DNA of 64,000 nucleotides from Calcarisporiella thermophila CBS 279.70 (GCF_041956535.1 NW_027192204.1:71069-135068); one strand, 5' to 3'. Positions 24,301 to 37,299 are shown, numbered from the stretch's first letter. Program-made: numbers and translations. The notes: generated by a model not told the origin, from the letters alone.

Positions 24301-25763
24301 TGCGCTCCATGATCCTCAGGTACGGCTCCGCGTTCACTTGCTCCGATTTCGCGGGGACGGACTCGGGCACGTCCGATTGCCGTCGCTTTGCAATCAGCTG
24401 CTCGTCGACCAGATGGCGATCCTCCCGGCCCCCGTGCGGAACATACTCGATCTCGACGGGATACATCCTGCCGGGGACCTCGATGGTGGTGGCCCCGAAA
24501 TACGATGCAAAGAGAGCAGCATTGATGGTGGCCGACATCAGCACCACGTACAGGTTCTGGCGCTCCCGCATGATCCGCTTCAAGACCCCCAGCAGCAAAT
24601 CTCCCATCACGTGCCGTTCGTGGATTTCATCCACAATGATGACGTCGTAGCGCTCGAGCAGCGGGTCGACCGCCACCTGCCTCAAGAGCAGCCCCTCCGT
24701 CAGGAACAGAATCCGGGTCCTTGTCCGAGACTTGGTGGTTTCAAAGCGAACTTGGTAGGCGATCTCGGAGCCGAATTCGTTCATGGTCTCATAGCCCACT
24801 CGGCGCGCTAGCGACTGGCATGCGATGCGGCGCGGCTGCGTACATGCAATTCGACGGAAGCCCGCCTCCATGAGAAACTGGGGGACCTGTGTCGTCTTGC
24901 CACAGCCGGTGTCTCCGGCCACCAGGACCACGCGATGCTGCCTCAGGGTCGAGACGATTTGGTCCTTGTAGGGGGCGATGGGCAGGGCTGCCCGATCCTA
25001 GTAGAAGAGGAGCCCAGGAGTGAGCCAACGGGTATCCCCCACTCTCCTCCACAGCCACGCTTACCTTGGATATCTTTTCTCTCTGGGCGGCCAGCTTCTT
25101 CTTTCGAAAGTCGTCGAAGAGCACCAGGGCATGCCGCATCCTCTCTACCATCTCCTTGGCCCTCTCCGCCTTCGACAGCCGGATGTTCTCCGCAGACAAT
25201 TTTTGCTCCCGCATGCCCTTCAATTTTACAAAGAAATCTACGCTGGGCACCCCATGCTATCACTTCTCGGGCCTTTGGACTAAAAGCGGCGGAAAAAGGG
25301 ATTCCATACCTCTAAAGTCGTAGTAGTCTGGGCTTCCTCTTGGAACGACATCGGACGCGCAGCCCCTTCGCGAGAAAAACTGATCATCCAGCTCTCGACT
25401 CCACGGATCCGCCTCGTCGGTCTCTGTCCTCGCGCTCGGCTGCTCCAGCTTCCCCCCCTGTGCATCCTCCTTGACTCTTTCCTTCCCTGAATGCTTGTCC
25501 TTGCTGTGGCGCACAAAAGCCTGCGCCTCTTTGATGGCAAGCGCTCGTCTCTCTGGATCTTGCAGCTAAATCAGAGTCCGACATGATCATGAGTGTCCCC
25601 TTTCCCCTTAAAACTAGATGCAACTCACCACATCCTTCAGATTCCACTCTTCACTCGAAGTTTTCGGCTCTGGCGTTACCCGGCGCAAAGTGCCATCGAT
25701 ATCATAGCGTTCTGTAGGCTCTTCATAGCGACGGCGGCCCCTTGACGGTTGCCATGAAGACAT
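21344..25763 (-). CDS. DHX34: DEAH-box RNA helicase, DHX34-like
   Basis: GDTGCGKTTQ, DEIHER, MSAT, SNIAETS, QRAGRCGR. DHX34-like SVQSPF, GLYPQLAIAD and C-terminal C2H2-like CQKCGQIYFFSPVEILRH. First exon MSSWQPSRG rebuilt from 25763. Confidence 0.85.
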
Positions 25764-26090
25764 TGTCTCGAGTCCAATCTCGAAAGGCAAAGTTCCGTGA
25801 CCACTGTTTTCAAGCTAATCAGTGGCAAAAAACGAGTGTGCTAAGCCACTGCTGGGAGGGCCTGGCTAGCCAGCCACGTAGCCCCCTAGGAACCGGAATT
25901 TTTCACGGGGGGGGGGATCCAATTTTATAGTTTTAACTTTTTGTTCATCCACAAATGAGAATTGACAAAAGGAGGAAAACTCAAGATAATGTAAAGAGCT
26001 GCATCGTATTAAGGTTAAGCACGCGAAAAAAAAGAGACAAAAGCATTAAGAACAATTTTATAAACCACCCCAGTAAGAGCGCGGTAGTTC

Positions 26091-26961
26091 CTAGAAAAAG
26101 TATTTATAGGCGAGCCAGGCGACAATCAGCACGGGAACAACGATACGGAGTGGGCTATACACAAGACAGGGACAAAGGGATACCATGGTGGATTAGTATC
26201 GGCACAGGACCACCTGCCGCGATTCTCCTTGCGAAAAAAAAAGGTGAAGACTTACTTCCCCTGGGCGCCACTTGTGGGCTGAAGCTGGGTTCTAGACTTA
26301 TCACTGGCGGCCGGCTGCAGCGGCTGGGACTTTGGCTGCGATTGCTGTGCGGTCTTGCTCTTGGCCACGTCCGTAGGCTATTGATAGGGGCAGTCCTGGT
26401 CAGTCAACACTCCATCCGGTGGAATGGTCATCAGGGGAGGGGAATCAGTTACATTGAGTTCTCCGATGAGGAACTGTTTCAGAAGCGCCCTTGCATCCTC
26501 AGAGTGGCCAATCTACAATGGTGGGGAGGAGGGCAGGCTCATGAGCCCATAAGTCATAAAACAAATATATAAAAAAATGGATATATTACGTCTTCGAATT
26601 CTTCCGTCGCGTCTCTGCCGGCAACGTCAAGCAACACCTCCTCGCCACCTAATAAAAAAAGGGATTATGCGAGAGTCAGGGGATGGGGCCGCCAAGGCGT
26701 AAGGAACGAAGAGGGGACATGCAAAACGGGGATGAAACATAGGAAAAGGAAATATGAAAGTCCCACCTGGATGCTACAAGTAAAACGGCATCCGACATCA
26801 GTAAAACGGCATAAATGCAATCCACTTGAAACCATTCCTGCCAATATTACCTCATCTATAAACTGTGTGACATTATACACCTTATTGTGAAGGATGACCC
26901 AGAGTGATTGGCGCGAGCTGTGCGTGTTGATCTCGGCAAGGGTGTAGGTTTCTGCTGCCAT
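26091..26961 (-). CDS. CYB5: Cytochrome b5 (tail-anchored)
   Basis: WVILHNKVYNVTQFIDE|HPG|GEEVLLDVAGRDATEEFED|IGHSEDA and C-terminal TM LRIVVPVLIVAWLAYKYFF; six exons. Confidence 0.93.
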
Positions 26962-27473
26962 GATTTCAGGCGACAAGGCTAATAGGGATGCAGTAGTGGA
27001 GAGGAGAGGTTGGAGGGGGAAAGTGCGGAGCCGTTCCCAATTTTCTGTATGTAATCGCGGAGAAAGTAATATTCCAGGGACAAGTAATAGCAGGTTTTTT
27101 GGGGGGGGGGAGAGGGAGATGACGACATCCGGTCGACCAATATGGGAATGATAACATTTTATACATTCTTGAATATGGAAATTGGATTCAGGATGGTGGA
27201 TGAGAATGTCTTAGAATAAAACAAGCGATTAAGAATAATAAGAAATAGGATTAAATTTTCAAAAGGGAAAAAATCGTAAAAAGCAAAACATGTACAAGAA
27301 GGGAAAGGTTGGCAGAAGGAGGAAGAAGAAGAAGGAGAAGGAGGAGTAGAAGAAGAAAAAAATATAATATATGGCATCAGAAACGAAGTCAAAGGGGGAA
27401 AAAAAAGGCTATGCAAATTGGGAACAAGAAACGAAGGAGCAGAAGGGGGAGGAGAGGCCCGGCCCAATCGGAA

Positions 27474-28760
27474 TCATAGGGCGTTGAGCCATGGGTGTCT
27501 TCGGACGGTGTCGATGGAGGGGCGGTGGTCGGGCTGTTTGGCCAGCATCCACCGCAGGAGGGCGTCGCATTCCGGGGAGCTTTTGAGGCGCGGCTGGGTG
27601 AAGGGCTCGTGGATGGCCTGCAGCGGATCGCTGAACGGGACCTCGCCGTACAGGATGGTGTAGAGCAGCACGCCCAGGGCCCAGATTTCGGCGTGCTCGG
27701 CGCGGTAGCGATGGCCCATGAGGATTTCGGGGGCGGCGTAGTTGACGGTGCCGTAGAAGCGGTCGAACCAGGCGCCGTGGGGCGGGATGATCACGGCAGA
27801 CCCGAAGTCGATGAGCTTGACGCGATAGTGGTCGTCGATCACGATGTTTTCGTCCTTGATGTCACGGTGGCACACGCCGAGCCGGCTCAGGTGATGCACC
27901 GCATCCACGACCTGGCGGAAGATGTGGCGGGCCTGGTCTTCGGAGAACTTGCGGTGGTGCTCGATGCACTCGAACAGGTCGCACGACGTCCTCCTCACAA
28001 GCAGCCCAGTGGGGCGGAGCGCCGCGTCGTGCGTTGCCGCGGCCAGAATGTCCTCCTCGTCCTCCTCGTCCGCGTGCGGCTGCGGCTGCTTCTCCGACGT
28101 CCACGGGGTCCCGTGCAGCTCCATGACCAGGTAGAAGTAGCACTCGTCCTGGAACAGGTCGAGGAACCCGACGATGTTCTTGTGGCGGGCCTGGCGCAGC
28201 ACGAAGGCCTCCATGGGGATCAGCCCGTACACGGGGTCGGCGGCCCAGCTGTGGGCCGGGACCTTGTTCCGGAAGATGAACTTGACGGCGACCTCGGCGC
28301 CGTCGCAGTTGCGCACAGCGCTGACCACGAAGCCGAACCCGCCGCTGCCCAGCTCCTCGCCCAGCGTGTAGCGGGCGCTGAACTCGGGGTCCAGGCGGTG
28401 GTAGAGGAGGTGCCGGGCGGAGACGGTGAGTTCGTGCGTCGGCGGGGGAAGCGAGGCGATGGGGAATTTCGGCGGCGCGTAGAGATCGCCGGATGATGAT
28501 GGCGGCGGGGTGGGGAGCTGCCGGGAGGCGGCGGACTCGTAGGGCTGGAGCTTGGAGACGGGCGGCTTGGAGGGGCGGATAGCGGCGGAGGCCTTGTTAA
28601 AGGTGCGGCAGCTGCTGAAGAGATTGCGGATGACGGAGCATCGCTTGGAAGGCTTGGCGGAGGAGGTGGAGGAGGCGGAGGGGGAGAGGAGATAGCCGAG
28701 CTCCATGGGCAAATCCTGCCGCGTCAGCTCGGGCTGTGCAAGGGATGGAACAACCAGCAT
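27474..28760 (-). CDS. Ser/Thr protein kinase, PAS-kinase/PIM-like catalytic domain
   Basis: Single exon with LGSGGFGFV, VAVKFI, DLFECIE, HRDIKDEN, DFGSA and GTVNYAAPE. Confidence 0.92.
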   Translation of the reverse strand: MLVVPSLAQPELTRQDLPMELGYLLSPSASSTSSAKPSKRCSVIRNLFSSCRTFNKASAAIRPSKPPVSKLQPYESAASRQLPTPPPSSSGDLYAPPKFPIASLPPPTHELTVSARHLLYHRLDPEFSARYTLGEELGSGGFGFVVSAVRNCDGAEVAVKFIFRNKVPAHSWAADPVYGLIPMEAFVLRQARHKNIVGFLDLFQDECYFYLVMELHGTPWTSEKQPQPHADEEDEEDILAAATHDAALRPTGLLVRRTSCDLFECIEHHRKFSEDQARHIFRQVVDAVHHLSRLGVCHRDIKDENIVIDDHYRVKLIDFGSAVIIPPHGAWFDRFYGTVNYAAPEILMGHRYRAEHAEIWALGVLLYTILYGEVPFSDPLQAIHEPFTQPRLKSSPECDALLRWMLAKQPDHRPSIDTVRRHPWLNAL

Positions 28761-31699
28761 GGCGGGGGGGGGGGGGATGGCGAGGGGAGAGATGGGGAGA
28801 ATAGCTACAATTAGATTATTAGAAAGTAATTACAAGAAAATAAGTTAGCGCGGCGGGGATGCGCGAAGGATCAATGGCGATGCATTGGCGGGGGGAGAGG
28901 GGGGAGGAGAGAAAGAGAGCGAGCGAGCAGAGGGCAAGCAGAAAGTGGAGAGGCCTTTAAGGAGGACGCTTCCACTTTGATTTATATATTTTGAGGTTTT
29001 ATGAAATGGAAAAAAAAAGTGGCCACCGCAAATTTGTGCCGGATTTCCCGGAAAGGGAGGAATTTGCTGATCAAACTTCGCAAAGAGGAAATATTCTAAA
29101 CACCCGGAGACCTTGCGGTGGCGCGCATGGCAAGGAACGTCAGCGTTCCAGACAGCAAAAGGGAAGGATTGGTAACCCACTCCCGCCCCAAATCCAAACC
29201 TGCAGATGGAAAAGGGCATATTTGGGCCCAAATGAATTATGTAAAGGCACAAAAAGAGCATCGGCCCTCTCTCACGATCAGCGCGTCCTGCAATTGCATC
29301 TGGAATCTCTCGATTTGATCTAAGTCAGCTGCTGCATGATTTATTAAACCTCTCCAGCGCCCTCCCATTCCCAAGGATAAATGAAATGTCTTAAGAGCAG
29401 CGGAGGGTTATGGTCGTGTGTGACCGCATCCGATTTGAACTTTCCTGGGGCTGCCAGTCTCGGCTTGAATTAATCCCCCTCCCTCGCCGCCCCGCCTGGC
29501 CTGTGAGACCGCGGTCTCACTGCGCCCGTTAGTCGAGTTTCGGCTGGCGGGTGCTATGGTGGGGGAGGCCCGCCGATAAAACCAGAACTTAACAACCTTG
29601 TTTGACAGCTTTATTATGGCAGTGCCCGCCCTCAACTCCTGCGGCTGGGTTTGCGCTTCCGTCAGCATATTACATTGACGGCTTGGCTGCGGAGCACGAG
29701 CCCCTCCCCCTCCCCCCCCCCCCCTTCGGGGCCGCTAAGCCCATTCGAGAAAAAGCAGATTCCATGTAGGGCAGCCGCAGAGGTCCGCAAGGAGCTCTCC
29801 GTGAAAGAGGATTTGATCTGGCCCCCTCTCCAAACGAACGCACGTCAGCTTGGCCTTGGGATAGGAAAGCCGCTTATATTGAGACAGATGAATATTGGAA
29901 TCGCACCGCCAATCCCTGCGGGCCGGGGCCATGGCCACGATGAGGATTCGCTTCTGGAGCAGGGCTCATCATGGGCAAGTGGCCGGCCGCGGATCGGGAG
30001 GGATGAGAGGTAATGTGTGAGAGAGGTAGCTCCTGAGAAGGAAAGATTGAAATAAAGTAAACATCCCCGTCCCCCCTCTCCCCTGAAAACGCCTGGTGGG
30101 CTGAAAAGTTTGGCGCGCCAATGGGGCTGCCACTCAGTAAACAATGGCATCCGATGACAGTGAGGATGCCCAATGCCCATGGATCCCCCCATGCCTTCAT
30201 CCAGCAATGAACAAGATGGGCATCTGTCTACATCTCTCCGCATTTTCCTAACCCTGGCATGGGGATTGGATCGACGACGAGGAGCGGCCCGCGCCTGCGG
30301 CCTGGGCCGGAGCGGCGAGGAGTCAGCTCGCGTCAGGCAGGAAAAATCAGGCGCTAAGAGCGGGCGAACCGACGCGACCATGTCATATCCTCCAGCCAAT
30401 CAAACCTTGATATAAGGTTGTTTGAATAAGCAGTGGAAAACGTGAGCGCATCGATTGGAAGAGAGGCGATGCGGGCTTCTCACCGGCCTCGCTCCATCTC
30501 AGCATCGGCATGGCCATCATCGCCATCGCCGCCATCCCCACGAGCGCCGGGGGGCGGGGGGGGGATGCTGGATTATGCTCGGCCGGGGTCCGGCCGGGGC
30601 CGTAGGTCGCCATTCACGCCAGCGGGCCAAAGGTTGCCGTGGAATCCAGTCGGGTGCTACCCGCCATTAAAATTCCACCATGTTTGACAGTTTGGGCTTA
30701 TTAGCTTTCCGGCCGTCTGAATGTGTGGCAAAGAGCCATCCAACAAAACGGAAGGGCCGAGGCTCAAAGAGAGTTTTTCTCGCGCATCCAAACCCGTTCA
30801 AATCGCGCCGGCCCCTTCGGCGGGTGCGGCCGCCGCCCCTCCCTTTGCAACGTCATCGCTCTCCCCCGGCCCCGCTGCGCCCTCCTCGCCGCGCAGAGGC
30901 GGCTTACTGCATCGGCGGGCGGCCCTGGGCCGGCGCTGGCCGTGGGCCCGAAACAAGCGAGCTCGGGCCGGCCCCAGTGGCACTTGCACCCCACAAATTT
31001 CTTTCCAATCTCTGACGGGTCGCACACGGCCTTCCAGCAGCCAGTGCTTCGCGAAGACCAATCGCCGTCTGTCATTCAGGTAAAAATTTTTATTTTATTT
31101 TTGTTTCCCACTCCTTCCCCCCCCTCTAGTCTTATTTTTTGACTCCAGCTTTTGTGTTTTCACGCATTCTCTCTTGCTTCTCTCCCGTGAATCTCCCTGG
31201 AGCCTTGCATTGCCGCCTGCGCGCCCCCCACGCCATCACCGCTGGGAACAGTCTCTCGCATCCGTCACCATTGGAAAGCCGCCGCTCATCCCCTCGCCCC
31301 ATTTCCCCCCCTCCCCTCCTCTCTGGCTGCCGGCACCCAAATCAACCCAAACAAAGCTCCAAGGCCCTTCTGGCCCACTCCTCCAGCACAGAACTCTTCA
31401 TGAGGTGAGGGATCTCTCCGCCACTGATCACAATCATCCCAATCCGCCGGCTAATCCGCTCCCCCCTCCCCCATTGCCCCATAGAAGCACAACCCCTCCG
31501 CCGCAGATTATTGTTATTTATTGCTAAATTCCCACACTCGCCTGGCCTCTGCCAATCCGCTTCGGCCTGCTATCTATATCTTATTTATTCTCATCCAATC
31601 TAATACACCCCACCCTTCACTCACGCACATTCACACTCACACGCACTCGCACTCGCACTCGCACGCACCCCCTCGCCCCCCCCCATCCTCCCCATCCCC

Positions 31700-34319
31700 A
31701 TGGCGCCTATAACGCTCAAGATCAAAGGCAAGGAATCCTTCTCGTCCTTCTCCAAATTCGACTCGGAGGAGGATCTCTCCAAGACATGGCGGGTGTGCAC
31801 CAAGGTCAAGGATTCGCTGGAGAACGGCAGCCGGCTGGAGAACCTCAGCTGGCGGCTGTGGTTCCGCCATCATCTGCATGGCGGCGACTCCGCCGACAAG
31901 GCCAAGTTCCGCAAGCTCTCGCAGGCCACCACCGAGAAGCTGGACATCGAGCCGCCCGTGAGCCGCCGCTCCTCCGTCGAGCGCACGGATCCCGCCACCT
32001 CCGCCCCCACGGATGCCACCAGGCGGGACCACGAATCGTGCGCATCCGAGCCGATCACCCCGGCCTACTCCAACCCGACCAGCCCGCCCTCCCCCAAGCT
32101 CCAGGCCGCCCCCAGCAGGCAGGCCAACCCGCCCCGCCCATCCTCACACGCCCCCGCCGCATCCGCGGGAACTTCCGCCGCATCCATCCCCGCAGCGGCC
32201 CCCGCCTCCAGCGCCGACGCCGCCGACGACGACGCTATGTGGATGGCCGGCCACCAGCGCAGCTCGCTCCCCTCCGGACAGGTGTTCCTCCTCCCGCAGT
32301 ACACGTCGGACCAGTCGGCGGATCAGGTGGTGGAGCTCGACGATATCTTCATGGGCAGCACCTATGGCGGCTACCGCAGCTCGGACTCGGCCGCGTTCAT
32401 GCCGCTTCCCCTCGACGACCTGCTCGCCACGGTCAACTCCGTCGACTGGGACCAAACAAGCCCCCTTGCCCTCTCCCCCAACCACGCCGCCCTGCCCATG
32501 AGCGCATTCTCGTCCCAGCAGGGCTCTCCCCAGCTCAACGCCCCCGCCGAGTGGTCCCAGCCCCAGCAACCGCAGCAGCAGCCCCAGCAACAGCCACCGC
32601 GGCCCCCCGAGACCATGGCCATGGACGCCTCCCACCTGTCGCACCTCTCGCAGCAGGTCGGCTTCCAGAGCTTCCCGTTTGCGGGCGCCGCCCTCCCCAT
32701 GAGCGTCTCGCTCTCCGACCCTCCCCGTGCTATCCCGTTTGCAAGCTTGCAGGTTCAAGATGGAACGAGCACGGTCGCGAACCCCGGCCTGTCCATGGCC
32801 TCGGCCGCTGCCGCCGCCCTGCCCCAGCCTCAAGGCGCGGGAGAGCCTATGCTCGTCGACGCCTCGGACTACTCCTACCTCTCGCCCAACGGCTTCACCC
32901 ACTCGGCCCCCCCACCCCACCGCGACCAACTTTGCCCAGAACTCCTACTTCGTGCCAAGGGAGCCCGGCCGGAGACAAACCGCCTCCGCCTCCTCCTCGC
33001 CCTCCTCCGGCCCAACCCCCGCCCACCCGCCCGCAACCTCGGCCGCCCCCAACCCCTCCTCCCTGGCGTCGAACCCAAAGGCCGCCTTCTCCTACCCGGC
33101 CGCCCCCGTACAAAACCGCTCAAGCCAGCAGAAGCAGCTCAAACAAAAAACCAGCGTCTCGCCCGCCACAAAGCCGCCGATCTCGGCCAAGAAGCAATCA
33201 ACCAGCTCGCTTCCCGCCGCCGCTGCCGCCAATTCCCCCTCCTCCTCGTCTCCATCCTCTTCCTCCCTGTCCACCCCCGTCGTCTCCTCTCCCGCTGCTG
33301 CCCGGCCACCCTCAGCGGCTGCGTCGTCCATATCCTCGTCCTACCCCACCCCCGCCGCCGCTGCCACCGCCTCCTCCTCCTCCTCCTCCTCCTCCCACGA
33401 ACCTCCCTGCCCCAAACCCGCTGCCTACAACAGCCAAACCAAGCTCCAGTGCGCAAACTGTGGTGTGACCCAAACCCCCTCTGGCGCCGCTCGTCGAACG
33501 ACGAGCTTCTCTGCAACGCTTGTGGCCTATATTTCAAGCTTCACCACGTGGCTCGTCCCAAGACGCTCCGCCCCCACCCCCAGCGCAAGGATGGTAAGCC
33601 CGAGGAGGAGATGCCGCAGCCCGAGTGCGCCAATTGCGGAACCACCACGACCCCGCTTTGGCGGCGCAATGGAATGGGCGCCACCCTGTGCAATGCCTGC
33701 GGTCTATAGTAAGTCCATTGGCCTTTCGAACAGATGCTTACTCCCTTTTAATTATTGTCTTTTTTTTTCTTGAATTTCATTTAGCTTCAAGTTACATCAC
33801 GAAAACCGGCCATTGTCTATGAAGACGGACGTGATCAAGAAGCGCCAGCGGAATGACACCCCCTCCGCCAACGGTGGGTCTCGGAAAGGTAAAAAGCAGC
33901 GCATCGACGCCAGCTCTCAACCCCAGACACCGCAGCCTCCGCCTTCTCAGTTGCAGCAGCAGAAACCACCACCGCAGCCACCACAATCCCAGTCACTGCA
34001 TTCACAAGCCCCCTCTTCAACCACCCTCTCCGCTGGGCTTATCTCCACCAACCCCTCTGGCTTATCAAGTAGTACCGGGGCGAGTGGCAATTCAGCCCAA
34101 AGCCTTGGATTGGGAGGCTTCGCGAGCGCCGAGCAGTCCTCTGCCCCGTCCTCCTCCTCCCTCTCGCAAACGGCTCAAAATGCAATGCCTCGTATCGGTC
34201 TAGGGACAATAGGGGCCGTGGCCAACGCTCTCGGCTCCTCGCTTAACAATAGGCCGGTGCCTTCACCCGTTTACCTCCAGCAGCATGGGATGGCCACCCA
34301 ATTTCCAGAATATCGATGA
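31700..34319 (+). CDS. AreA/Gat1-like GATA transcription factor (DUF1752 + two GATA fingers), with apparent internal frameshifts
   Basis: RLENLSWRLW. Finger 1 CANCGVTQTP/LWRR...LCNACGL is split across frames. Finger 2 CANCGTTTTPLWRR...LCNACGLY|FKLHHENRPLSMKTDVIKKRQR spans intron 33709-33784. Confidence 0.88.
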
Positions 34320-34940
34320 TTTCTTCCATCATATCCTTGCCATTTGACGTATTTTTTATTTTCTCGTGTCCTTTTTTTTTCTTAGTACTTTTGTTTTATA
34401 ATTATCATTACTTTTTTTATCTGCTACTTGTTTCAGAAAAAAACACCTCTTTATGCTTATACGAGAATTCCAAGCTTCCCTTTTTATATGTGTTCCTTTT
34501 TTATTTCATCCTTCTTATCTATTATTTTGCCCTGGTTTTTTATTCTTGTCACGTAAAATTTCAAATATCGAGCAACGATTTATTTCTTACTGTAAATTTC
34601 TCCTTGTCGTGACCCCCTCCCCCCCCCACCCTATTTCTATCTATTTCTACTGCTTTTTTCCCACTCACTTTTTTTTTTCCTTTCTTGCTATGTTGTATTT
34701 CTCTTTTTTTTTTTCTTCTCTATTTTATCCATAATAATAAGAGCATTGTTTGATGGGGAAAACGGCCGGGTGCGGTTTCAATGATGACAATTTATGAGAG
34801 GTGTATGCGCAGTACAAATAGAACAAGAAACACAGAAGAAAAATAAACTTGAAATAGATTCGCCGGATGGCCTCCCTCTCTCTCCTCCGCCCTTCATGGT
34901 TCCCCACTCCTCCCCCTCCCCCTCTCCTCCCCAGCCACGG

Positions 34941-36298
34941 TTATGAAATAAACAGCTTCCTGGCCTGTGTGAACTCGAACGTGTCTCCCGTGCGCGGACA
35001 TCGCACCATGCCTCCGTTGCGGGCCGCCATCTCCTTGAGCGACCGCATCGAATACACGTATCCGTTGGGGAGCGTCATGGGGGGATTGTCCTCGTTCATG
35101 ATGGCCCCGCTGATCCGGCACACCAGCGTCGAGTTGACGTGGTGGCTTAGGGGAAGCTTCTCGGCGAGCGCGCCCAGCTCGGGCGAGCACACGGGGCAGC
35201 TCACGCTCTTGTTGGCCGGCTGCGAGCAGAAGGGGGTCTTCAGGGCCGACAGGCCGGCCTGCAGGGAGAGCTCGAGGAGGGGCTGGGGGGTCAGGGAGTG
35301 GAGGGCGAAGCAGTCGCGCCAGAACTGGGCGTTGAGCTCCTCCCAGCGTGAGGCGTCGTAGAGCCGCTTGTAGGGCGGGCACTGGGTGGTGGCGGGAAAC
35401 GCCATCAACGCGGTGGCCTGCTGGATCTCCCGCAGGTGCGTGTCCGACCACGGGGCCAGGTGTTTGCGGGCATACGCGATGGCTTCGGGAAGCTTTCGCG
35501 TCCGCACCAGCTCTATGTATTCCTGCAGCCGCAGCTGGAACTCCAGCGTGCTCTTCATCTTCCTCAGGCTGCTCTTGTTCTCGCTACACCACTGCAGCGC
35601 CTCCGTGCAGCTTCTCCTCGCGATGAGGGCCTCTTCGACCTTCTTCGACTGAAGGAACAGCTCAATGTCCACCAGCGCCTCTATGTTTTCGTCCTGCGCC
35701 AGCTTTTGCGCACTCTCCTTGTATCCTCGGCGCAGCATGTAGTCGACAAGGACGCGGTTCAGGCGAGTGCGGCTCCACCGCGAATACTCGGGGGAATTCA
35801 CCGTGGCTATGGTGGTGAGCTCCTGCAGGCGATCCAACCGCACTTTACAGCGCGAGGTATAAGTGGCCTCCTCCGTCTTCACCTCATTGAGCTATCGATC
35901 ACATGGAAAAAAAATAGGATCTTAGCTGTCTACGACCACAGAGGCTAAAAAAAAAGGCAATTTTCGATCCCTACTTTGCGCTTCAGTCCTTGAAGCCGCA
36001 TCACCATCGTGTCAATGGCCTTGGCGGCATCTTCCTTGGTAAGGGCATCCTGCGTTGCACGCTGTACTAGTTCTTGTGCATTCGAGCTCAAGTGGCCAAA
36101 TTCCTTCTCAAAATGGCGCTGCGAGGTTCTTAGCGTCTTACGGATCTGCTCAAATGGTGCCTACGAAAGGGTGAAAAAATAAAAGAGATCAGAGGGGGAG
36201 GGGAGGGGAGAATGAGGCATCGCGAGCCGGGAAAAAATGCTGACCTTGATAAATGGTTGCTCTAGGGAGATTATATGATCGTGATTTATTTTATTCAT
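34941..36298 (-). CDS. FYV10: GID/CTLH E3 ligase subunit Gid9/Fyv10 (MAEA)
   Basis: First exon MNKINHDHIISLEQPFIK; LisH (RVLVDYMLRRGY), CTLH (LEFQLRLQEYIEL), CRA and degenerate RING (CPVC...MNEDNPPMTLPNGYVY...CPRT). Confidence 0.92.
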
Positions 36299-36526
36299 CT
36301 CTAAGCGAATTGAAATGGGAACCGCAGACTTCGTCTGCCCAACAATATAAGGGAAGGTCTTGGGATTTTCCCGTGATCAGGGTGTGGCTTGTTGGAGACC
36401 GGAGCTTGAAAGCGCTCCTTGCGGGCAAGCGATCAGTGCTGGCCGTGAATCATGTTGAGTCCCTTTGCGCTCGCGCTTAAATAGAGTTCCTCCTCGGGTC
36501 AACCTTCTCTCCCCCATTTTCCCTCC

Positions 36527-36530
<4 letters not shown>

Positions 36531-36557
<27 letters not shown>

Positions 36558-37268
36558 GTNNNNNNNNNNNNNNNNNNNNNNNNNNNNNNNNNNNNNNNNN
36601 NNNNNNNNNNNNNNNNNNNNNNNNNNNNNNNNNNNNNNNNNNNNNNNNNNNNNNNNNNNNNNNNNNNNNNNNNNNNNNNNNNNNNNNNNNNNNNNNNNNN
36701 NNNNNNNNNNNNNNNNNNNNNNNNNNNNNNNNNNNNNNNNNNNNNNNNNNNNNNNNNNNNNNNNNNNNNNNNNNNNNNNNNNNNNNNNNNNNNNNNNNNN
36801 NNNNNNNNNNNNNNNNNNNNNNNNNNNNNNNNNNNNNNNNNNNNNNNNNNNNNNNNNNNNNNNNNNNNNNNNNNNNNNNNNNNNNNNNNNNNNNNNNNNN
36901 NNNNNNNNNNNNNNNNNNNNNNNNNNNNNNNNNNNNNNNNNNNNNNNNNNNNNNNNNNNNNNNNNNNNNNNNNNNNNNNNNNNNNNNNNNNNNNNNNNNN
37001 NNNNNNNNNNNNNNNNNNNNNNNNNNNNNNNNNNNNNNNNNNNNNNNNNNNNNNNNNNNNNNNNNNNNNNNNNNNNNNNNNNNNNNNNNNNNNNNNNNNN
37101 NNNNNNNNNNNNNNNNNNNNNNNNNNNNNNNNNNNNNNNNNNNNNNNNNNNNNNNNNNNNNNNNNNNNNNNNNNNNNNNNNNNNNNNNNNNNNNNNNNNN
37201 NNNNNNNNNNNNNNNNNNNNNNNNNNNNNNNNNNNNNNNNNNNNNNNNNNTCTCCCCACTTTCCTTCC

Positions 37269-37299
<31 letters not shown>
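36531..37299. other. Assembly gap (N 36560-37250) flanked on both sides by a (CT)n microsatellite
   Basis: 691 Ns; a (CT)n tract ending in CGT lies on each side. Confidence 0.98.

Noticed and set aside
28761-31699. Short ORFs in the 2.9-kb GC-rich interval between the kinase and GATA genes
   Set aside because: Low-complexity Pro/Arg/Gly translations; best read as divergent promoter and 5'UTR sequence.
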